A DNA stretch of 52,713 nt from a candidate division WWE3 bacterium RIFCSPHIGHO2_02_FULL_38_14 (GCA_001772865.1 MEVD01000021.1:1-52713); one strand, 5' to 3'. Counted from the first letter of the stretch, positions 40,991-51,198 are shown. The notes: generated by a model from the sequence alone, not told the origin. Translations and numbers: made by a program.

Positions 40991-41752
40991 TTATCTCAAA
41001 TCCTCATCGTCGCTAAGGTTGTATGTTGGGCTTTCGGCATTTGGCTGAAGTTTCTGTTCCTGAACGGGTTTAGATTCTTTTGGTTTTAAAGCCTGCTGGT
41101 TTACCTGCACTTCCTGCCGTCCCGCTGAATCTTTAAGTACTTGTGAAACTTGAGATTTACCTCCGCTTTTTTGTTTCCTGCTTTTGCCGCGCCCAGGTTT
41201 TTCTTCTCTTTTTTCTTCAGGCCTTTTCTCTGTAAAACGATCGACTTGAAGAGCTGACTTTTGAGTAAGTATTTTATCCAGGGCAGCAAAAGGAACTTCT
41301 ATGACGCCCTCCGGAATAAAGGCGACTACTTCGTCATTTACCTCTGCCCTGTTAAATTCAGCTGCATTGTCCGAAATTCTGTACGAGCCAGAATCAGTTA
41401 ATATATACCAGCTACCTTCTTTTTTATTCAAAATTCCTTCGATCTTTTTTCTCGGAGCTTTCTCTATCTGCTTAAACATTGTTTTCCCGTCTTCTTCCAC
41501 CATTTTTAAAAGATCACCGTATACCAGGCGTGATTTTGCCGCATAATTAGAAGGAACTTCATACCTTTGCCCTTCCTGAGTAACCAAAAATTCTCCGTCA
41601 AAAACGCCTTCTATTCCGGGAAGCTGCTTATAAGATTCTGATTTAATTTCTTCAATCTGTCTTATAATTCTTCTGGCATCACGTAATTCCCTATCGGCGT
41701 TGTCTAAACGGTCGAGCAGCTGTGCAATTATTTGCTGACTAATATCTGCCAT
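40991..41752 (-). CDS. Conserved hypothetical protein with disordered charged tail
   Basis: EGVFDGE...YEVPSNYAAKSRLVYGD.LK core; SD AGGAGG. Confidence 0.7.
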   Translation of the reverse strand: MADISQQIIAQLLDRLDNADRELRDARRIIRQIEEIKSESYKQLPGIEGVFDGEFLVTQEGQRYEVPSNYAAKSRLVYGDLLKMVEEDGKTMFKQIEKAPRKKIEGILNKKEGSWYILTDSGSYRISDNAAEFNRAEVNDEVVAFIPEGVIEVPFAALDKILTQKSALQVDRFTEKRPEEKREEKPGRGKSRKQKSGGKSQVSQVLKDSAGRQEVQVNQQALKPKESKPVQEQKLQPNAESPTYNLSDDEDLR

Positions 41753-41773
41753 ATATCCTCCTTTTTCTGCATT

Positions 41774-44314
41774 TTAACTTAATGGAGCCTGATAAATCTG
41801 ATCGGGAATACCGGCTCCTGCCTTTTTGTCTTTTATCTCCTGAGCTATCGCCAAACCCTTATCAAACTTGGTTTCCACCCATTTATTTATTTTTGACTCT
41901 ACCACTTCCCTATCCACTCCATACGTTTGACGGCTATATTCTATCACCCTTTGTTTATTTTCAGAAAATTTCGGCGAAACTCCGGATTCAGGATCCCACG
42001 GCAACAATATTTTAGCCGAAAACGGAAGCGAAGTCATACCGTCAACCATAAGTTTAATATAAATATGAAATCTCTCAAGCGAGATTATATCTTCTTCGTC
42101 AAAATACGGAGCAAACTCGCTGGCCAGCATCCTTGCGTCCGGAGCACCCAATGAAAATGTAGCTATTGTTCCTACATTCCCGTAAACTGCTTTCAAAAGC
42201 TCTTCCGGCAGCTGAGCCGTAAACTGATGAGTTAAATACAGGCCAAGTTTGTATTTTCTTGATTCGGACAAAATCTCTTCAAAGCTTCCTGTAGCAAAAT
42301 TCTGAAACTCATCCACATACAAATAAAACGGTCTTCTTTGCTCGTAAGGTATTTTCGCTCTTTGTAATGCCATAAATTGTATTCTGGAAACCATTAAAGC
42401 TCCCAGCAGATTGGCATTATCCGCGCCTATTTTTCCTTTAGACAAGTTCATAAGCAGAATTTTCCCGTTATTCATTGCGTCGGAAATGTTTAAAGTGGAT
42501 TTGCGCTGACCTAATATATTTCTAATTGTAGTAGAAGCTAAAAATCTATTTACTTTATTTTGAATCGGCGCAATAGCCTCGGTAACAAGTTTTTGATTTC
42601 CCTTCATATCCTTATATTCGCTTTCCCAAAACCTTACCGTTACCGGATCCTTTACCGAATGAAGAATGTATTTTCTGTAGTTATCATCTTCTAAAAGTCT
42701 GGTTATACCAAGCATGGAAGTCCCCGGAACTTCCAGAAGAGTCAAAATACAATAATTCAGTAAATACTCTAATCTCGGACCCCACGAATAATCAAAGTGC
42801 TGCCTGATGGCTGAAACCAAAGCTGAAGCCATAAGGTTTTTCTGCGACATATCTTCCATTTCAAGTAAATTCAGCCCAACAGGTCTTTCTACATCCGACG
42901 GATCAAAATAAATCACATCTTTAATTCTATGCTCCGGAATATACTCCAGAACCCTGTCTATTGTTTCCCCGTGCGGATCCAATACCCCTACTCCGTATCC
43001 TTTAGCTATATCCTGCGAAATCATAGTTTCAAATAAGGTTGACTTGCCGGTCCCGGATTTTCCTATCAGGTACATATGTCTCAGCCTGTCGTCTCCGTTT
43101 TTTACTCCAAACCGCATTTTGTAACTCCTGAAAATAGTTTCCCCTATAAAGTTGCAGTCTTTAGTGGGAAGGTTAGGCGGAGGTTCGGATTTTTTAGAAT
43201 AAATCCAGGAAATATTCGGTGTTTCCATGCTTGAAGAGGGAAAATGCATAACAGTCGCCAGCTCTTCGATATTGCATACAAAGCTTTTAGACTCATCCAG
43301 CGCCCTTTCCTTGAACGCAATTAACGATTCTTCTTTGTTCGGTTCGCTATGAGAGGTAAAACTATTAGAATTGGCTGTAGCGTATTGTTTTACCGAGGCA
43401 GCCATTGACCGCATGTTTACTAACACTCTATCTCTTGTAGACGCAATGCATACTGTACGGATCTGAGTCAAATAACCCATTTTTGATAATTTATTTTCTA
43501 TAGATTTCAGTTCAAGTTCCTGTACCGGTGAAAGTTTAGGAAGCGCCGGTTTTAAAGCAGTGGTACTTGCGGGAGCTTTTGCAGCTGTAGGGCTCCTAAA
43601 TATCTGCTCCAGCATGGTGTACCCGATTAGCATTAGTTCGTTCCCAATAGCATGTAAAATCGAACCTAACCCAAGACTGGGGCGTTTAACTAAAGTTCCC
43701 TCCCTTAAAGCATTTACGTAATCGTATCCTTCTTTCTGCCACACATCAGGCAGCGGCTTAAACAAAACCTGAAACCATATTTCCTCACCTTTCTGTATTT
43801 CCGACATAGTTGAAGTTATCACCGACAGAGTCTCGGTTTCGTAATCTCTGAATGTACGGATCGGAAAAAACTGTTCTTTTGTGAAAGCCAGAGTACTTAC
43901 TTCATATTCCATGCCATCCGGCTGGAATGTAGCATAATCTTCAGCGCGGGAAATGCTCGCCAACGGATACTGGGCATAAATCTGGCTCTCGACAAATTTT
44001 AAAATTGTTTTAGGAATAACCGCGAAAAATCTTAATCCCTTCGGCCCGGAATATATTTCAAAAGACAAATGCTCCTGAAGATCAGGATCTTCGTGCAGCA
44101 ATCCGTGCAGTGATGCATACATACTTTCTGCAGCCAGCGACGCCTGCTGTACACTGGTAACTTCCAGATTTTTAGGCACTTGAATTTCTAAAACTTCAAT
44201 ATTTTCGTTTTTTCTAATGGCATATCTTTTTTTTAAAAGTTTAAACCTTAAGAAAACAATAAACAGTACTATAAAAAGTACAATTAGAGGTAGAAAAAGA
44301 TAAATTTCGCTCAT
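41774..44314 (-). CDS. VirD4/TraG/HerA-like membrane-anchored ATPase
   Basis: N-terminal TM; RLRHMYLIGKSGTGKST Walker A; LYVDEFQNF Walker B; LSESRKY. Confidence 0.85.
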   Translation of the reverse strand: MSEIYLFLPLIVLFIVLFIVFLRFKLLKKRYAIRKNENIEVLEIQVPKNLEVTSVQQASLAAESMYASLHGLLHEDPDLQEHLSFEIYSGPKGLRFFAVIPKTILKFVESQIYAQYPLASISRAEDYATFQPDGMEYEVSTLAFTKEQFFPIRTFRDYETETLSVITSTMSEIQKGEEIWFQVLFKPLPDVWQKEGYDYVNALREGTLVKRPSLGLGSILHAIGNELMLIGYTMLEQIFRSPTAAKAPASTTALKPALPKLSPVQELELKSIENKLSKMGYLTQIRTVCIASTRDRVLVNMRSMAASVKQYATANSNSFTSHSEPNKEESLIAFKERALDESKSFVCNIEELATVMHFPSSSMETPNISWIYSKKSEPPPNLPTKDCNFIGETIFRSYKMRFGVKNGDDRLRHMYLIGKSGTGKSTLFETMISQDIAKGYGVGVLDPHGETIDRVLEYIPEHRIKDVIYFDPSDVERPVGLNLLEMEDMSQKNLMASALVSAIRQHFDYSWGPRLEYLLNYCILTLLEVPGTSMLGITRLLEDDNYRKYILHSVKDPVTVRFWESEYKDMKGNQKLVTEAIAPIQNKVNRFLASTTIRNILGQRKSTLNISDAMNNGKILLMNLSKGKIGADNANLLGALMVSRIQFMALQRAKIPYEQRRPFYLYVDEFQNFATGSFEEILSESRKYKLGLYLTHQFTAQLPEELLKAVYGNVGTIATFSLGAPDARMLASEFAPYFDEEDIISLERFHIYIKLMVDGMTSLPFSAKILLPWDPESGVSPKFSENKQRVIEYSRQTYGVDREVVESKINKWVETKFDKGLAIAQEIKDKKAGAGIPDQIYQAPLS

Positions 44315-44385
44315 AAAAACATCAAAACCCCCGCCCTAATTTGGGGCGAGGGTGAAGAAAGGAGAGAGACAATGAATTTATATTA

Positions 44386-45429
44386 TTACAGTGTATCGGC
44401 AATGTCAAATCCTAAAATTAAAGTTATATCAGAACGGGCTATTTCATTTTCCAAAATATCCAGTGCCTGGTTCTTCATAACCACATTTTTAAACCCGAAA
44501 TATTCTGAAATATACTTGGCAGTCTCCGATGACAAATCATCAACTATCAACATACTTTCCTCATACTGGCGCTGTGCATTAGAAGTGGATAAAACATGAC
44601 CGCTGACGTTTTCGATTATTCTGGAGCCGTAAGTGGCTATTCCCACAACAGATGATCCGTTTAAAATGGAAACACCTTTCTTTTCTCCTGCAATAGAAGA
44701 GTCAAAAGTTAATTCTCTGGTCATTTTATCCAGGTTTTCAATATTCATATCATCCGACAAGTCAACTGAAATTCTTGAAACTTCCGATTTTGATTCTGCA
44801 GATGTATTAAATATTTCATACATATCCGGCAAAGACACATTAGTAGAATACGAATTTATCCCCGATGACTTTGATAATTTTATTACTGAAGGATACGGAT
44901 CATTTTCGATCAGATTTTTAAAATTTAGATAGTCGTTTGGCTCCATGATCATATAACGGTCAATGTTTATTCCCAATACCTTATTTATACTTTTAATTAG
45001 TAATTTTTCTCCTTCATTCTCACCGTTTTCTGACAAATCTCCCAAAGCAAATACTTTCGAAAGTGTTTCTACTCCGTATTTACCGGGAATGTCCAATAAA
45101 TTATCGGTGGAAATTTCATATATAAGAGTCTTTTTACCTGTACTGTTAAATAAAAATACCTGTATGTTTTTAATATAAACCGGACTGTCTTCAGATACTG
45201 TTGCTTCCGAAATAAGTAAGCTTGTCAGGTTTTTGTCCTGCAGAGGATATGATGAAGCGGAATCGGCTGATGCCCACTTTTGGCTGATACTTCTGTAAAA
45301 ACCTACTCCGGACAAAAATAGAATTGAGACTAAAAACAAAAGTATTAGGGACATCGCTTTGCGGTAGTTTTTTTTCGGTACAACAGCTTTTCTTCTAAGC
45401 TTTTTTCTTTGGGCAGGATATATTTTCAT
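44386..45429 (-). CDS. LCP-like protein with LytR C-terminal domain
   Basis: TM anchor; LGINIDRY; ILNGSSVVGIA; DITLILGFD. Confidence 0.7.
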   Translation of the reverse strand: MKIYPAQRKKLRRKAVVPKKNYRKAMSLILLFLVSILFLSGVGFYRSISQKWASADSASSYPLQDKNLTSLLISEATVSEDSPVYIKNIQVFLFNSTGKKTLIYEISTDNLLDIPGKYGVETLSKVFALGDLSENGENEGEKLLIKSINKVLGINIDRYMIMEPNDYLNFKNLIENDPYPSVIKLSKSSGINSYSTNVSLPDMYEIFNTSAESKSEVSRISVDLSDDMNIENLDKMTRELTFDSSIAGEKKGVSILNGSSVVGIATYGSRIIENVSGHVLSTSNAQRQYEESMLIVDDLSSETAKYISEYFGFKNVVMKNQALDILENEIARSDITLILGFDIADTL

Positions 45430-45495
45430 AAAACTTATATTTCCAGAATATTACAACTTATTTAGGTATTATAAAAGGCTTTAGATTTTTAATTA

Positions 45496-46227
45496 CTAAA
45501 TATGGCAAATTTGAAATGTATCGGGTAAATTGGCAGTAAATTCCATTATTTTGTACTCTTTAGGGTGCAATATAGATATTTTATGAGCATGTAGCATCAT
45601 TCTGTTGAAATCAGTTGCAGATAACTCTAAATGCTTTTTAGGAGCATACAAAACGTCTCCTACTACTGCGTGGTGAATAGCACTTAAATGGACTCTAATT
45701 TGATGAGTTCTGCCGGTTTTAGGCTCGATTTTTAGGCAGGTATACATATTATTACCTTTATTTACATTTTTTATGGTGTAAAATGTCGTAATTGCATCTT
45801 TACCGCTATCCGACACGGAATACTTCATCCTGTTTTTTATATCTCTTTTTATAGGGGCGTTAATTTCAAAAACTTTTTCATCGATCTTCCCATAAACAAC
45901 TGCCCTATATTCTTTATAAACTTCTCTGCTTTTAAATTGTTTTTGAAGAAAATTAAAGGAATCTTCATCTTTAGCTATTAAAATAACTCCCGAAGTTTCT
46001 TTATCAAGCCTGTGCACTATTCCCTTCCTTAAATAATATTCTGAGTCAGAATCAGAATTCGTAAAATCTATTAATTGTTCAATAGATTCCTGAAGGGTTG
46101 TGCCCTTAACTGTAAGGGATTTATTGACCACAACTCCCTCGGGTTTATCCACTATCAGAAGGCACTCATCTTCATATATTACTTTTAGTCTGGAATTATG
46201 CACTTTAATTAACCTTTTATATACCAT
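45496..46227 (-). CDS. RluA/RluD family pseudouridine synthase
   Basis: VDKPEG, GIVHRLDKETSG, TGRTHQIRVH, GDVLY, MLHA. Confidence 0.93.
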   Translation of the reverse strand: MVYKRLIKVHNSRLKVIYEDECLLIVDKPEGVVVNKSLTVKGTTLQESIEQLIDFTNSDSDSEYYLRKGIVHRLDKETSGVILIAKDEDSFNFLQKQFKSREVYKEYRAVVYGKIDEKVFEINAPIKRDIKNRMKYSVSDSGKDAITTFYTIKNVNKGNNMYTCLKIEPKTGRTHQIRVHLSAIHHAVVGDVLYAPKKHLELSATDFNRMMLHAHKISILHPKEYKIMEFTANLPDTFQICHI

Positions 46228-46541
46228 TCATACTTAATAAACACTAGCAACAAACCCGATACAACCAGTAAATCCCAAATATTATATTTAAATAAACCAA
46301 AAAATGATAGATCGTCGTAAACGCAGCCATAAAAAAACCTCTGAAAAAGGTTTACGGATCCCCCTAATGCGATCAAAACCAGAGGCACGATATAAATTCT
46401 TTTTTTCTTCAGATTTTTAAAGTTTATCTTATTACGCAAAAAAACCAGCACTAATGCTAAAAATAAAAGAATCAATATTACTTGTCCCTGGGGGCTTATA
46501 TTAGCGGATAAAAAGGAGCAGTTATAAAATGGATCATTCAT
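46209..46541 (-). CDS. lspA: Lipoprotein signal peptidase II (short)
   Basis: GGSVNLFQRFFYGCVYD...YNIWD retains both catalytic Asp; ATG 46541 overlaps upstream TAA. Confidence 0.75.
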   Translation of the reverse strand: MNDPFYNCSFLSANISPQGQVILILLFLALVLVFLRNKINFKNLKKKRIYIVPLVLIALGGSVNLFQRFFYGCVYDDLSFFGLFKYNIWDLLVVSGLLLVFIKYEWYIKG

Positions 46542-47536
46542 TATTCCTTGTCCATATGTTCTGTACAAGTTGTTGCTTCAGGATAAATTCTAAGTCTGGC
46601 TTCTTCGATTGGATTGCCGCATACTTCGCAGATTCCATATCTGCCGATTTTCATTCTGGCTAATGCTTTTCTTACCAATTGTTGCATGTTATCTGCGCTG
46701 GTTCTTCTTAAGTCTACTATTTCCTTGCTTGTATCTTCAAGTACTGCCTCATCTATAGGATCGGCGTTATCTATATCTCTGTCGGTATCATTTGCGGGGT
46801 CGATCTGATCCAAAATTCTCTGTTCTTTCCTAAGCTGTTTTCCTTTGGATAAAAGTACGTTTTTCAATGAATTCAATAGATTTTGAGGTAAAGGCGATTT
46901 TTCAGTCATATCTTTCCGCTCTCTGAAAATTAAATTGACTAAACTCATTGTAATCAATAACAAGATAAATATCAAACTCCTAAATTCCCCGTACAATAGA
47001 GATAAAATGAAGACAGTAATAACTAGCATATATGAAAATGTATAACCCGATTTAAGTTTATAATTTCTGAATCTTGATAAAATTAAATACTGAACTAAAA
47101 ACAAAATCGAGGCATATAAACCGTTTATATTTTTATAAATTAAATAGCTTGAAAGTATACTAAAAGATATAAAAGCTGAAACCGAGAGGGAAAACACATC
47201 CAGAAGCCTGTAAACAGACCATTTCCAGGTTCTTGCCAGAATCAATAAACAAATAACGAGTCCCAGCACCGCACCCGGTACACTTACACTGCCTATTACT
47301 AAATCAATGGCTTTCAAAATATTTGAATCCAGGCTAAATTTAAAAAGTAATTTTGAAAAAATGTAGGCGGATAAAGCTCCTAAAAAAGCGGCGTCAAACA
47401 GCTTTTCAATGTCAAAACCGTCTTTTCTGCCTTCAAACCACACCACAAACAAATATAAAATAAATGAAGCAAATACAAAGACTGTCCAAAACGGGAGTTG
47501 AAATTGATTTATATTAATAAATTCAGGAATATACAT
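46541..47536 (-). CDS. Degenerate Lgt-like membrane domain fused to DksA/TraR-like zinc-finger protein
   Basis: N-terminal ~205 aa Lgt-like hydrophobic pattern; C-terminal DPIDEA coiled-coil tip and YGICEVCGNPIEEARL...CTEH. Confidence 0.75.
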   Translation of the reverse strand: MYIPEFININQFQLPFWTVFVFASFILYLFVVWFEGRKDGFDIEKLFDAAFLGALSAYIFSKLLFKFSLDSNILKAIDLVIGSVSVPGAVLGLVICLLILARTWKWSVYRLLDVFSLSVSAFISFSILSSYLIYKNINGLYASILFLVQYLILSRFRNYKLKSGYTFSYMLVITVFILSLLYGEFRSLIFILLLITMSLVNLIFRERKDMTEKSPLPQNLLNSLKNVLLSKGKQLRKEQRILDQIDPANDTDRDIDNADPIDEAVLEDTSKEIVDLRRTSADNMQQLVRKALARMKIGRYGICEVCGNPIEEARLRIYPEATTCTEHMDKE

Positions 47537-47577
47537 ATGAGCACTAAATCAATAAAAATAAGTGTGTAACAACAAAA

Positions 47578-48129
47578 TTACGCTTTTGCCAGGTATCCGC
47601 CTGTTCTTGAATCTATTTTAACTTTATCTCCGATTTTTATAAAGGTAGGTACTTTGATCACAGTACCGTTATCTAAAGTGGCTTCCTTTAATACATTAGA
47701 CACTGTATTTCCTTTAAACCCAGGCTCAGTATATGTAACTTCAAAAATTAAAGATATTGGCAGATCAACCGAAATCGGATTACCCTCAAAATACTGGACG
47801 ATAACTTTTTCCCCTTCTTTCAAAAACTTTACGCTCTCCCCCATAAGATCGGCATTAATGCTAAATTGTTCAAAAGTTTCGGGATCCATGAACACATAAC
47901 CGCTGTCTTTATACAAATACTGGGCGTTTTTTCTCATCACATCCGCATCTTCTACCCTTTCATTAGAACCCCAGCTCTTTTCCAATACCTGCGATGTTAT
48001 AAGGTTACGAGCTTTTACCCTTACTGTTGCCCCTCCCCTTGCAGTCTTTACGTGCTCATATTTGACTACTGTAAATGGAAAGTCGTTTTCTTTAAATATT
48101 GTTCCGTTTTTTAAATCAGTTACCAGCAT
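47578..48129 (-). CDS. efp: Elongation factor P
   Basis: QYLY, FMDPETFEQ, TEPGFKGNT, VPTFIKIGDKVKIDSRTG; loop KTARGGA. Confidence 0.95.
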   Translation of the reverse strand: MLVTDLKNGTIFKENDFPFTVVKYEHVKTARGGATVRVKARNLITSQVLEKSWGSNERVEDADVMRKNAQYLYKDSGYVFMDPETFEQFSINADLMGESVKFLKEGEKVIVQYFEGNPISVDLPISLIFEVTYTEPGFKGNTVSNVLKEATLDNGTVIKVPTFIKIGDKVKIDSRTGGYLAKA

Positions 48130-48217
48130 AGCTAGGGAATTTTAGAGGTTTCGTCGCATTTATGCAAGAAAACAAAACAGAAGAATGGTTGTTAATTTCC
48201 AATTCCTTGCCTTTATT

Positions 48218-48304
48218 TGGTGCCGTGGGTGAGAGTCGAACTCACACGGGCTTGAGGCCCAGTAGTTTTTGAGACTACCGCGTATACCATTCCGCCACCA
48301 CGGC
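48218..48304 (-). tRNA. tRNA-Leu (anticodon CAA)
   Basis: GCCGTGG acceptor stem, GTAGT-CTCAAAA-ACTAC anticodon arm, long variable arm, GTTCGA T-loop, encoded CCA. Confidence 0.96.
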
Positions 48305-48347
48305 ATGTTTTATCAAACTTTTGTGATTATAACACTGGATAAGGAAA

Positions 48348-49688
48348 TTATTCGCCCCGCTGCGCTTCTACCTCAAAAAACTTAGTGCGGTCGGCTTTAA
48401 AGAACAACGAAATCTCGCCTGTAGGTCCGTTTCTGTGTTTTGCCAGGAGCAATTTATAATTTTCCCTGTCCTCATCATTCGGCCTGTATAAAAACATCAC
48501 AACATCGGCATCCTGCTCTATTGAACCCGAATCTCTCAAATCGGAAAGCTGCGGCCTTTTTTCACCGCCTCTTTGTTCCACTGCTCTTGACAATTGCGAA
48601 ACCGCTAAAACCGGAATTTTCAACTCTCTCGCCAGATTTTTTAATGCCTGGGATATTTCGGACACTTCCTGTACCCTGCTTTCCAGATTACGCCCCCGTA
48701 TCAACTGCAAATAATCTACTATAATCAGACCTAAATCGTGTTCAAGTTGGAGTCTTCGGGCTTTAGTTCTCATTTCCATTACCCCTATTCCCGGCGTATC
48801 GTCTATAAATATAGGTGCTTCCGAAAGTTCGCCGGCTGCAATGCCGTATTTTTCAAAATCTTCTTGTTCCAGATTACCTGTGGTAATTCTCCAGTTATCA
48901 ATATCGCCTTGAACAGAAATCATTCTATCTACAATAGACTCCCTTCCCATTTCGAGAGAAAAAATCCCGACACTAACTTTATGCGATACGGCTGCAAATT
49001 GAGCTATATTAATAGCAAAAGACGACTTCCCAACAGATGGTCGTGCAGCTAATATAACCAGGTTTTCTCTTTGCAGGCCGGAGAGCATTTTGTCCAGACC
49101 GGCCAAACCCGTGGGTACTCCTCTCAACGCTCCGCGTGTTTTACTCAGCTCGTCAAGTCTCTCAAAAGTAATACCCAATGTTTCTTTTACCGGTACAAAG
49201 TCCTGATGTACTCTTTGCTGGGAAACTGAGAACAATAATTGCTCGGATTGATCCAAAAGCTCATCAACATTAGATTCTTTATAAACCAATTCGGATATTT
49301 CCGACGCCGCTTTCATAACAGAACGCTTCACATAGTCTTCAGAAACCATTCGGGCATAAAATTCGACATTCGCGGCAGTGGGAACCGAGTTTACTAGCTC
49401 AGTTAAATAAGTTACCCCGCCCGAGCTCTCTAACTCCCCCATTCTTTTCAGCTCAGCTGGAACTGTAATTAAGTCAATCGGCTCGCGTTTTTCATATAAA
49501 GTCAACATGGCATCATAAATTTTTTCATGTGATGATTTATAAAAATGTGAAGACCTCAAAGTTTCCACTACTTTGACTATGGCATCTTTATCCAAAAGCA
49601 ATGCTCCGAGAATCGATTTCTCGGCTTCAAGATCGTGCGGCGGTATTCCCACACTTGGTGTGCGGTCTTTAGCAGTGTATGCAGGCAT
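48348..49688 (-). CDS. dnaB: Replicative DNA helicase
   Basis: PPHDLEAE, LAARPSVGKS, FSLEM, IVDYLQL, QLSRAVE, DLRDSGSIEQDAD, KHRNGPTG. Confidence 0.97.
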   Translation of the reverse strand: MPAYTAKDRTPSVGIPPHDLEAEKSILGALLLDKDAIVKVVETLRSSHFYKSSHEKIYDAMLTLYEKREPIDLITVPAELKRMGELESSGGVTYLTELVNSVPTAANVEFYARMVSEDYVKRSVMKAASEISELVYKESNVDELLDQSEQLLFSVSQQRVHQDFVPVKETLGITFERLDELSKTRGALRGVPTGLAGLDKMLSGLQRENLVILAARPSVGKSSFAINIAQFAAVSHKVSVGIFSLEMGRESIVDRMISVQGDIDNWRITTGNLEQEDFEKYGIAAGELSEAPIFIDDTPGIGVMEMRTKARRLQLEHDLGLIIVDYLQLIRGRNLESRVQEVSEISQALKNLARELKIPVLAVSQLSRAVEQRGGEKRPQLSDLRDSGSIEQDADVVMFLYRPNDEDRENYKLLLAKHRNGPTGEISLFFKADRTKFFEVEAQRGE

Positions 49689-49763
49689 TATTACGTTAGT
49701 AATCACTTTACGTAAGCTAAATAATTTTATTAAAAATTACTTCGCGTCGGCAAAATAATCAAA

Positions 49764-50417
49764 TTAATGTTGTGGAGTGAGAATAACTATCTCTGTATCC
49801 TCAGGCAGGTCGCTTTTACCGGAAATCTTCAGCTTTTCCTCTTTTTTAATATTATTCTCGACTCCCATCTCGTCCAAAAATTTATCGAGTTTCTGCAGTT
49901 CTTCCTTAAAACTTAAATCCTGAGTCGAATAATGCATCGGTATAACTACCGAAGGCTCTATTGAAGAAATAACTTCCACCGCTGTTTCAGCGTCAATAGT
50001 ATACTTGCCTCCTACCGGTATTAAGAGCACATCCACATCGGGAATTTTCTCCAGAGTTTCTTTAGAAAGCTCATGACCCAAATCCCCCAAATGCAATACG
50101 CTTACACCATCCATTTCAACTAGATATATTGTGTTTTTACCCCTTTCGGCGCCTTCTTTATTATCATGAAATGTGGGAATGCCGTGAATAAAAACCTCGT
50201 GGGTTTCATATTCGCCAGGTCCGTCTACCAGCAGTTTATACCCGGTAACACCCTGAACATAATCATGGTCAAAATGGTGATGGGACAACAAAAGCGCATC
50301 AGCTTCCAACTTAGGAAGTTTATACCCTACTTTTGCGGGATCATAGGGATCAATAACCACAGTTAAGTTTTTCCCTTTCAGTTTAAAACATGAGTGTCCT
50401 ATGTATGTAATTTCCAT
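49764..50417 (-). CDS. MBL-fold metallo-hydrolase
   Basis: GHSCF, SHHHFDHD, HLGDLGH, IPVGG, IPMHY. Confidence 0.9.
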   Translation of the reverse strand: MEITYIGHSCFKLKGKNLTVVIDPYDPAKVGYKLPKLEADALLLSHHHFDHDYVQGVTGYKLLVDGPGEYETHEVFIHGIPTFHDNKEGAERGKNTIYLVEMDGVSVLHLGDLGHELSKETLEKIPDVDVLLIPVGGKYTIDAETAVEVISSIEPSVVIPMHYSTQDLSFKEELQKLDKFLDEMGVENNIKKEEKLKISGKSDLPEDTEIVILTPQH

Positions 50418-50560
50418 ATTCATTTCTCCGTGAAGATATATTACCACATGTTTTTAGGTGTGGAAGGAAAAAAATAAAATTTTAAGCAAACTATTAGCGT
50501 TGACAGATATGAATAAAAAATAGATTATGAAAATAGCTTATGTGAAAGGAGAAGTTTAAC

Positions 50561-50725
50561 ATGACCCGATTCGCCAAAATCCCGGACAATGTAACCCACC
50601 GGTCTGGGTCCGCCTGCGAGGCGGGAACAAAGTGGGCGGACAGACGGGTTAAATCTATCTCTTTACCAACTCGTCTGTCCGTTTCCTCAATAAATTATCT
50701 CTCTTTCGTGGTTTCTAAAAAATAA
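50561..50725 (+). CDS. Possible small ORF / leader (54 aa) overlapping GC-rich hairpins
   Basis: TTGACA at 50500, AAGGAG SD, MTRFAKIPDNVTHRSGSACEAGTKWADRRVK... Confidence 0.35.
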   Translation: MTRFAKIPDNVTHRSGSACEAGTKWADRRVKSISLPTRLSVSSINYLSFVVSKK

Positions 50726-50862
50726 TTAAATGACATTAGGAAGTTCAGGAAGATAGGTTTCCATATCAGTTTTCAAGTAAAAAGAACCAATTAATACCCT
50801 GCCTGAAATTTCAACCAAACTTGAATCATTGTGAACTTGAAACGAAGTTACATCCCCGAAAA

Positions 50863-50890
50863 TTGACAATTCTATGATTGTTATTATAAT
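50863..50890 (+). promoter_or_regulatory. Consensus sigma70 promoter
   Basis: TTGACA-N16-TATAAT. Confidence 0.7.
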
Positions 50891-50926
50891 CCACATATGT
50901 CAACTAAATCTGAGAAGGAAAATGTC

Positions 50927-51019
50927 ATGTTCAGCTATAATTCCATTGGTTACACCGGCCCTGACGACGATGACGACCAAGATAACGGCGACGACAAAGT
51001 TACAAGCAAGGTAGCCTGA
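50927..51019 (+). CDS. Asp-rich micro-peptide 1 (30 aa; 40 aa if started at 50897)
   Basis: AAGGA SD; MFSYNSIGYTGPDDDDDQDNGDDKVTSKVA*; paralog at 51553. Confidence 0.6.
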   Translation: MFSYNSIGYTGPDDDDDQDNGDDKVTSKVA

Positions 51020-51198
51020 GTAGATTTACTCCTAAACAGCAACATTTGATGAATTCAGTCATTACCGTAATCTCTCACATCTTTCAATAAATAGCTTAAA
51101 CCTTTGAAATTGTTAATATCATAATTAATATGGAATTATATGTTTGAAAATATAAAGAGTTTTGTCTGATTGACAATATCTGATACAATATCTCCATC

